Source: Gemmatimonadaceae bacterium (GTDB taxonomy: Bacteria > Gemmatimonadota > Gemmatimonadetes > Gemmatimonadales > Gemmatimonadaceae). From it: DNA of 30,750 bases. Below are positions 24,879-30,750 of the stretch, in pieces. The stretch is taken from NCBI GenBank assembly GCA_014379705.1, contig JACMLI010000420.1:1-30750 (forward strand), in the 5' to 3' direction. The notes below the pieces were generated by a model that was not told the origin of the DNA, searched no databases, and saw nothing but the letters and a program-made list of their open reading frames with translations. Made by a program: the position numbers and the translations under genes. Numbering within the stretch: position 1 is the stretch's first letter; each line of letters starts with the position of its first letter.

Positions 24879-26643
24879 GCTTCCACCCAAACGATGTACA
24901 GCGCCGCGGGCGCGTGGCCGCCACGGTGGTCCTGCTTACCGTCGGCGTGCTCGCCTCGGCGTTCTTCCGCGCGCAGGTGCTCAACTCGGCCCGGTATCGC
25001 CTCTCGTCGGAGCGCAACCGGCTGCGCGAGGTCCCGATCCCCGCGGCGCGCGGGATCATCTACGACCGGCATGGCGAGGTGATCGCCGAAAACGTGCCGG
25101 GGTACTCGGTGTCGCTGCTCGGACCGTCGGCGGACTCGTTGCGGGCCACGCTGACGCGCCTGACGAGCATCATCGCGTTCTCCCCCGAGGACATCGACGA
25201 GGCCGTGCGTCGCTATCGGCGGGAGCCCAACCGGCCCACGGTGGTGCTGGCCGACGCGTCATTCGACCAGGTGTCGGTGCTCGAGGAGCACCGCGTGGAG
25301 TTCCCGAGCCTGATCATTCAATCGGCACCGAAGCGCTACTACCCGGATGGCCCGGCCGTCGCCGCGTTCACGGGCTATACCGGCGAGATCTCCGAGAAGG
25401 AGCTGACGCTGCCGCAATTCGAGGGCTACAAGAGCGGCATGGAACTGGGAAGGGCGGGCTCGAAAAGCAGTACGAGACGGAACTGCGCGGACGCGAAGGG
25501 AGCCGTTTCGTCGAAGTCGATGCGCGCGGACGCGTCGTGCGCGACCAGGCCGACCGTCCGGACGTGCTCCCCGTGGCAGGGCAGGCACTGCGCACGAACA
25601 TCGACCTCGACCTGCAACGCTTCGTGTCGAACTACCTCGGCGACACCTTGGTTGCCGGAGTGGTCGCGCTCGACCCGACGACCGGCGCCGTGCTGGCGCT
25701 GCACAGCTCCCCGTCCTTCGATCCGAACCGATTCATTGGCGGCGTGCCGACCAGTTACTACAAGATGCTGCACGACGACCCCCGGCAACCTCTGTACAAC
25801 AAGGCGATGCAGGGCCGGTATCCGCCGGCGTCGACGTTCAAGCTGGCGACTGCAGCCATCGCGCTCCAGGAAGGGATTGCCACGTTCGACACGCACATGG
25901 AGCGCACGTGCAACGGGGGCTACCAGTTCGGGTCGCGCTACTGGAAATGCTGGGACAAGAAGGGCCACGGCAACCTGAACCTCACGCAGGCGATCGCGAA
26001 GTCGTGCGATACGTACTTCTACCAGCTCGGGCTCCGCATCACGTTGTCGCGACTCCTCGCGGGGGGCGTGTCGCTCAAGATGAACGAGCGCTCCGGGATC
26101 GACCTGCCGAATGAAGTGGCCCCCCGGTGGCCCGATGCGCCGGCCTACCTCGACCGGGTGTTCGGCAAGGGGAAGTGGTCCAATGGCGAGACGCTCAACC
26201 TCTCGATCGGCCAGGGCTACAATACCCAAACCGTGCTGAACATGGCGCGCTTCTACACGGCGCTGGCCACCGACGGACGTTCCGCGCGCCCCGAAGTGGT
26301 CGCGCGCTCGCCGGAGCGCACGCAGATCATGAACCTCACCCCGCAGCAACTGGCCGGGCTTCGCGCGGCGATGGGTGACGTGGTGTCGGGGCGCGGCACG
26401 GCAGGGAGCGCGGCGATCGAGGGGGTGCAGCTGGCAGGCAAGACCGGCACGGCGCAGAACGAGACGGCCAAGGACCACGCCTGGTTCGTCGGCTTCGCGC
26501 CGCAGGAGGCGCCGAAGATCGTGGTCGCCGTGGTCCTGTGGCAGGGCGAGCACGGCTACGCGGCGGCGCGCATCGCGTCGAAGGTCATCTCCCACTACCT
26601 CAAGCGGCCGGCGATCGAGCCGGTGAACGTGGAGGGGGATTGA
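24875..26643 (+). CDS. mrdA: Penicillin-binding protein 2 with a one-base frameshift near 25448-25451
   Basis: The N-half (IPAARGIIYDRHG..IAEN, RYYP) is in the frame of ORF 24713..25978. The C-half (GLEKQYE..LRG, STFK, KSCD, GKTGTAQ, HAWF) is in the -1 frame, ORF 25537..26643. One extra base at CTGGG^AAG restores LGKGGLEKQY and a 589-aa protein. Confidence 0.93.
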
Positions 26644-27902
26644 TCCGGAAAGTCGTCGCCGACTATCCGTTGGCGATCCTCGCGCTACTCCTCTCGGCAT
26701 ACGGCATCGCGGTCGTCTACTCGGCCGGACAGACGGACGCGCGCGTCGCGACGGACCTCGGGGCCTACCAGCGCCAGCTGGCGTGGTTCGGCGTTGCGGT
26801 GGTCGGCGCCTTGGTGGTCTCCCGGGCTTCGGTGCGATTCCTCGAGTGGGCCACACTTCCGGCGTACGCGCTCTCGATCACGCTGCTCGTCGTCACGCTC
26901 TTCTTCGGTTCAGGGGCGGGCACGGCGGCGAGCGTCAAGGGGTGGCTCACGATCGGCGGCATCCGGCTGGGTCAGCCGGCCGAGTTGGCCAAGGTCGCCG
27001 TGGTCCTGATGCTGGCTCGCCTGCTGTCCTCGCGACGCGACCCGCCCAAGTCCCTGGTGGAGCTCTGGCAACCCGCGCTGGCCGTGGCTCTTCCCTGGCT
27101 CCTGGTCATGGCACAGCCGGACCTCGGGACGGGGATGGTGTTCATCGGCATCTTCTTCGCGATGCTCTTCTGGGCCGGCGTTTCGGGCCCTCTGCTGCTC
27201 CTGCTCGCGAGTCCCGCCGTGTCGCTCGTCCTCGCCTTCAGCACGGGGCTCTGGGGCGCGTGGTTCCTGATCCTCATCGCCGTCGTGCTCTGGTACAAGC
27301 CGTACGTGGTCGAGGGGGTCGTCCTGATCGTGGCCAACGTCGTGATGGGCGTGGCGGCACCGATCCTGTGGGAGAAGCTCAATCCGTACCAGCAGCGTCG
27401 CCTTCTCGTCTTCCTCGACCCGTCGCAGGATCCCAGGGCCAGCGGATATCACGTGATCCAGAGCCAGATCGCCATTGGGTCCGGCGGACTGACCGGGCGA
27501 GGGTACCTCGACGGGACGCAGAAGCGTGGCGCGTTCCTTCCGGAACAAACGACGGACTTCATCTTTGCCGTCGTGGGAGAGGAACTCGGGTTCCTTGGCG
27601 TGAGCCTCGCGCTGATGCTGTTCCTGTTCCTGTTCCTTCGCGTGATCCGGGTGGCGTCGCGGGCCAGCGACAGCTTCAGTTCGCTCGTCGCGTTCGGGCT
27701 CCTCGGCAGCTGGTTCGTGCACGTGGTCGAGAACATCGGGATGACGCTCAACCTGATGCCGATCACCGGCATTCCGCTCCCGTTCTTCTCGTACGGCGGA
27801 TCGGCGATGCTGGCGTGCTGGCTCGCGGTGGGGATCCTGATCCGGATCTCCGCGGAGGGGCGTGGGTCGGCGGACGCGTTACCCATCGGGTTTCGGGGGT
27901 AG
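26640..27902 (+). CDS. rodA: Rod shape-determining protein RodA (SEDS glycosyltransferase)
   Basis: QPAELAK, QPDLGT, YQQRR...FLDP..DP..SGYHVIQSQIAIGSGG..G.G, LPEQTTDFIFAV.GEE, NIGM...LMPITGIPLPFFSYGGS. TTG start at 26640 after GGAGGG, overlapping the mrdA stop. Confidence 0.97.
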   Translation: MIRKVVADYPLAILALLLSAYGIAVVYSAGQTDARVATDLGAYQRQLAWFGVAVVGALVVSRASVRFLEWATLPAYALSITLLVVTLFFGSGAGTAASVKGWLTIGGIRLGQPAELAKVAVVLMLARLLSSRRDPPKSLVELWQPALAVALPWLLVMAQPDLGTGMVFIGIFFAMLFWAGVSGPLLLLLASPAVSLVLAFSTGLWGAWFLILIAVVLWYKPYVVEGVVLIVANVVMGVAAPILWEKLNPYQQRRLLVFLDPSQDPRASGYHVIQSQIAIGSGGLTGRGYLDGTQKRGAFLPEQTTDFIFAVVGEELGFLGVSLALMLFLFLFLRVIRVASRASDSFSSLVAFGLLGSWFVHVVENIGMTLNLMPITGIPLPFFSYGGSAMLACWLAVGILIRISAEGRGSADALPIGFRG

Positions 27903-27911
27903 GTCGAGCTT

Positions 27912-28266
27912 GGGCTGGGGCGCCGCTGGGGGCTGGGGCCTGCGGCCGGCTTAACGCAGAGGCGCAGGGGACGCTGAGGCGCAGAGGACGGCCACTCGCG
28001 TTCACCAGAACTCTTCGTCGCGAGGGGAACTCACGAGCTTTTCTTTTAACTGGCTGCGGGAGCTGGGTACCTGAGCGCCAATCCCGCCTGAGGCCCAGCA
28101 CCCAGCCACAAAAAGAAAGAGACGTCTGGCGGCCGCGCCGTCTGCTTCGGGTCCGAAGGGAGACCAAAGCAGTTGCAGTCCTCTGCGCCTCACCGTCTTC
28201 TGCGACCCCTGCGTTAAGCCGGCCGCAGGTCCCAGCATCCAGCCCCCAGCATCCAGCCCCCGGCAA
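27912..28266. repeat. Nested inverted-repeat element (element D), possibly a non-autonomous mobile relic
   Basis: Arms of about 58 bp (27932-27989 / 28178-28236) contain perfect 21-bp and 15-bp blocks. They are flanked by 7-bp GGGCTGG/CCAGCMY repeats and enclose a second imperfect inverted repeat (28050-28077 / 28094-28118). Confidence 0.9.
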
Positions 28267-28308
28267 CCCCCTGCCGCAGCGTACGTGCCGGCCCCATCTT
28301 CCGGTCCT

Positions 28309-29172
28309 ATGGCTTGGTTTCGAAAGGAGAAGAAAGCCCGCCAACCCAGACGTGAGCGCCTCGAAATACCGGCGGACGCCTGGGAGAAGTGCGAGGCATG
28401 CGGGCATACGGACATCCGGGAGAAATTCGCCCGGAATCTCAACGTCTGCCCCAGTTGCGACTACCACCGTCGAATTCGTGCCCTGGAGTACGTCCAGATC
28501 ATCATGGACGACAATTCCTGGGAAGAGACCGACGCCGACCTGCGTTCGACCGATCCCCTCGGATTCCCCGACTACGCTGCGCGCCTGAAGAAGGCCCGGA
28601 CCAACGCCGGCGAGATGGATGCGATCCTGACGGTGGCGGGGAAACTCGGAGAGATGCCAGTGAACCTCGGGGTCATGGACTTTGCCTTCATGGGCGGTTC
28701 GATGGGCTCCGTGGTCGGCGAAAAGATCGCGCGGCTCGCCCAGCGTTCCCTGGAGCGAAAGCACCCGCTGATCGTCGTGTCCGCTTCCGGCGGGGCGCGG
28801 ATGCAGGAAGGCATCCTGTCGCTCATGCAGATGGGGAAGGTATCGGCGGTGCTGTCGCAGCTCGCCGATCGCCGCATCCCCTACGTATCCGTGCTGACGA
28901 ACCCGACCACGGGAGGCGTGAGCGCCAGCTACGCCATGCTCGGCGACGCGATCCTCGCTGAACCGGGTGCCGTGATTGGCTTCGCGGGCCCGCGCGTGAT
29001 CAAGCAGACGCTCGGCCAGGACCTTCCCGAGGGCTTTCAGACGGCCGAGTTCCTCCTCGACCACGGAATGCTCGACCTCGTGGCGCATCGCAAGGAACTC
29101 AAGCAGACGTTAGGCAGGCTCCTGCGTCACATGAGCGGCAAGCCCGCCGCGGCCGGATGGGCGACGAGCTGA
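28309..29172 (+). CDS. accD: Acetyl-CoA carboxylase carboxyltransferase subunit beta
   Basis: C4 zinc finger WEKCEAC..VCPSC, DFAFMGGSMGSVVGEKI, SGGARMQEG..SLMQM, PTTGGVSASYAMLGD, GFAGPRVI, FQTAEFLL.HG. Start MAWFRKEKK at 28309. Confidence 0.99.
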   Translation: MAWFRKEKKARQPRRERLEIPADAWEKCEACGHTDIREKFARNLNVCPSCDYHRRIRALEYVQIIMDDNSWEETDADLRSTDPLGFPDYAARLKKARTNAGEMDAILTVAGKLGEMPVNLGVMDFAFMGGSMGSVVGEKIARLAQRSLERKHPLIVVSASGGARMQEGILSLMQMGKVSAVLSQLADRRIPYVSVLTNPTTGGVSASYAMLGDAILAEPGAVIGFAGPRVIKQTLGQDLPEGFQTAEFLLDHGMLDLVAHRKELKQTLGRLLRHMSGKPAAAGWATS

Positions 29173-30446
29173 CGGGCTACAAGCGCGCCCTCGACGCGCT
29201 TTTCGAACGGACAACCGGCGTCAGCAAGTTCGGCCTCGAACGCACGGAGGCGTTCCTCAAGGCGCTTGGGAATCCGCAGCACATGCTGCGCGTCCTGCAT
29301 GTCGCCGGGACCAACGGGAAGGGCAGCGTATGCGCGACCCTCGAGGCGGTCTTGCGATCGCAGGGCCTGCGCGTCGGCAAATACACGTCGCCGCACCTCG
29401 TCGACTTTCGCGAGCGGTTCCTCGTGAACGGCGCCGCGATCGACCCGGCGTGGGTGGTCGACTTCCTTGGCCGGTGGACGCCGACAGTCGAGAAGCTCGG
29501 GGTCACCTTCTTCGAGGCCACCACGGCGATGGCGTTCGCCTGGTTCGCGAGGCGCGAGGTCGACATTGCGGTCGTCGAGACGGGGCTCGGCGGGCGGCTT
29601 GATTCCACCAACGTCGTCCGGCCCCTGGTCGCCACCGTGACGTCGATCGGGATCGATCATGTGGAGCAGCTGGGACGCACGCGTGAAGCCATTGCGGGAG
29701 AGAAGGCGGGGATCTTCAAGTCACGCGCTGCCGCCGTGATCGGGGAGCCCGACGCGGCCATCGCAGCACTCCTCGCGGGCCACGCGCGCGCCCGCGGGGC
29801 GTCACCGATTGTCGATGCGTGGCGCACGATGCCCCCGTCGGCCATCACCCTGAGTGACGGCGGTACGCGCTTCCAGATCACCACCGACACGGGGATTCGG
29901 CAGGTGCACACGCCGCTCGCGGGGGCGCACCAGGCCTCCAACACGCTCGTGGCGCTCCTCACCCTCCGCGAGGCGGGCGCCGCCTGGTGGCCAGGCTGGG
30001 ATGCGGCCATCCGTTCCCTCGCTCGCGTTAGGCTCCCGGGGCGCTTCCACCGGGTCGGGCGATGGATCTTCGACGTGGCGCACAATCCGGACGGGGCGCG
30101 CGTGCTCGTGCACACGCTGCGCGACGTCGGTGTGCCATCGCCGGTGACCGCGGTGGTGTGCGTGCTCAACGACAAGGACTGGCGTGGGGTCCTCGAAACG
30201 CTCGCGACTCAGGTCGATCGCCTGATCCTGACCAATGCGCCCACGGCACCGGCGAGCCGCGCGTGGGACCATAGCGAGGTCGGGGCGTTCGCATCACAGC
30301 TCGGTGTTCCAGCGACCCTGGAGCCCGATTTCGACGCGGCCCTCAAGGCGGCTGACGAGGCGGGAGGCACCGCCCTCGTGACCGGCTCATTCCACACCGT
30401 CGGCGACGCCATGGCTCGCTTGCAGGTAAGTCCTCTAGCCGACTAG
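29157..30446 (+). CDS. folC: Bifunctional folylpolyglutamate synthase/dihydrofolate synthase
   Basis: HVAGTNGKGS, YTSPHL..FRER, TFFE..TA.A, VETGLGGRLDSTN, IG.DH...LG, DVAHNPDG; the accD-folC order is conserved. Confidence 0.97.
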   Translation: MGDELTGYKRALDALFERTTGVSKFGLERTEAFLKALGNPQHMLRVLHVAGTNGKGSVCATLEAVLRSQGLRVGKYTSPHLVDFRERFLVNGAAIDPAWVVDFLGRWTPTVEKLGVTFFEATTAMAFAWFARREVDIAVVETGLGGRLDSTNVVRPLVATVTSIGIDHVEQLGRTREAIAGEKAGIFKSRAAAVIGEPDAAIAALLAGHARARGASPIVDAWRTMPPSAITLSDGGTRFQITTDTGIRQVHTPLAGAHQASNTLVALLTLREAGAAWWPGWDAAIRSLARVRLPGRFHRVGRWIFDVAHNPDGARVLVHTLRDVGVPSPVTAVVCVLNDKDWRGVLETLATQVDRLILTNAPTAPASRAWDHSEVGAFASQLGVPATLEPDFDAALKAADEAGGTALVTGSFHTVGDAMARLQVSPLAD

Positions 30447-30455
30447 CTTTAGCGA

Positions 30456-30750
30456 ATGTCGGCAGGGGCCTTACCAGGATTCAGAGACTTCTATCCCGAG
30501 AGCTTCGCCCAACGGTCATGGCTGTTTGACCGATGGCGTGACGTGGCTCGGGGCTTTGGCTTTGTCGAATACGACGGGCCGCCTCTGGAGACCCTCGAGC
30601 TCTACACAAAGAAGAGCGGCGAAGAAATCGTCGGCCAGCTCTACAACTTCACCGACAAGGGCGGTCGCGAGATCACGCTCCGGCCGGAGATGACGCCCAC
30701 GGTCGCCCGCATGGTGGCGGCGAAGGCGAACGCCCTCCGCAAGCCGGTGC
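30456..30750 (+). CDS. hisS: Histidine--tRNA ligase, N-terminal part (runs off the window; not in the ORF track)
   Basis: My translation MSAGALPGFRDFYPE...YDGPPLETLELYTKKSGEEIVGQLYNFTDKGGREITLRPEMTPTVAR matches the HisRS motif 1 region. Confidence 0.93.
   Translation, partial: MSAGALPGFRDFYPESFAQRSWLFDRWRDVARGFGFVEYDGPPLETLELYTKKSGEEIVGQLYNFTDKGGREITLRPEMTPTVARMVAAKANALRKPV

Noticed and set aside
10378-24890. Long antisense or alternate-frame ORFs (e.g. 10378..11757-, 13441..14451-, 14843..16282+, 17763..19091-, 18575..20026-, 20249..21535-, 22213..23202-, 23199..24890-)
   Set aside because: Each overlaps a clearly identified gene, is rich in R/H/G/P as expected for shadow frames in high-GC DNA, and shows no recognisable motif.
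25445-25453. Programmed -1 ribosomal frameshift in mrdA
   Set aside because: G-GGA-AGG is not a canonical slippery heptamer (the A-site AGG-to-AAG shift mismatches), and I know of no recoding in PBP2. A sequencing error is more parsimonious.
6361-28266. Repeat arrays as CRISPR
   Set aside because: Units are 7-9 bp, contiguous with no unique spacers, and there are no cas genes.
1785-28308. Extended starts from the ORF track (1050, 1785, 22159, 24713, 26538, 28285)
   Set aside because: The extensions are non-homologous. RBS positions, stop/start overlaps and conserved N-termini support 1137, 1884, 22255, 24875, 26640 and 28309.
26783-28588. 601-aa ORF spanning rodA, element D and accD
   Set aside because: It is an alternate frame over rodA and accD with Arg/Gly/Pro-rich low-information sequence; it stays open because stop codons are scarce at this GC content.
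1-30750. tRNA, rRNA, transposase or prophage genes
   Set aside because: No cloverleaf, rRNA-like stretch, DDE/HUH/integrase motif or phage gene is visible, and all intergenic gaps are under 410 bp and explained above.

Overview
High-GC (roughly 68-70% by eye) bacterial chromosome segment, most likely Gemmatimonadota; this is inferred from gene order, the SusC/SusD style and the protein tails. It is mostly core housekeeping genes on the + strand, in this order: an RlmD/RlmC-type RNA m5U methyltransferase (5' truncated), a biotin carboxyl carrier, an orphan SusC/SusD pair, rplM-rpsI-rpsB-tsf-pyrH-frr-cdsA-dxr-rseP, and a small membrane-anchored hypothetical. Next comes a convergent membrane Ser/Thr kinase (the only - strand gene), then rpsO-pnp-M16 peptidase-ald-dut, mreBCD-mrdA-rodA, accD-folC and the start of hisS. 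I found no tRNA, rRNA, CRISPR array or transposase. The most unusual signals lie outside the gene names. (1) The octamer CGTTAGGC/CGTTAGGY is strongly over-represented, including inside essential genes. (2) Four intergenic elements are each built from short-period (7-9 bp) degenerate tandem repeats, arranged as a G-rich arm at a TAG stop codon and an inverted C-rich arm at the next gene; one is a nested element of about 350 bp. (3) cdsA follows the frr UGA in frame with no canonical start codon, and uppS is missing. (4) The MreC tail holds seven Bacteroidota-type O-glycosylation sequons. (5) mrdA has a one-base frameshift, probably a sequencing error.
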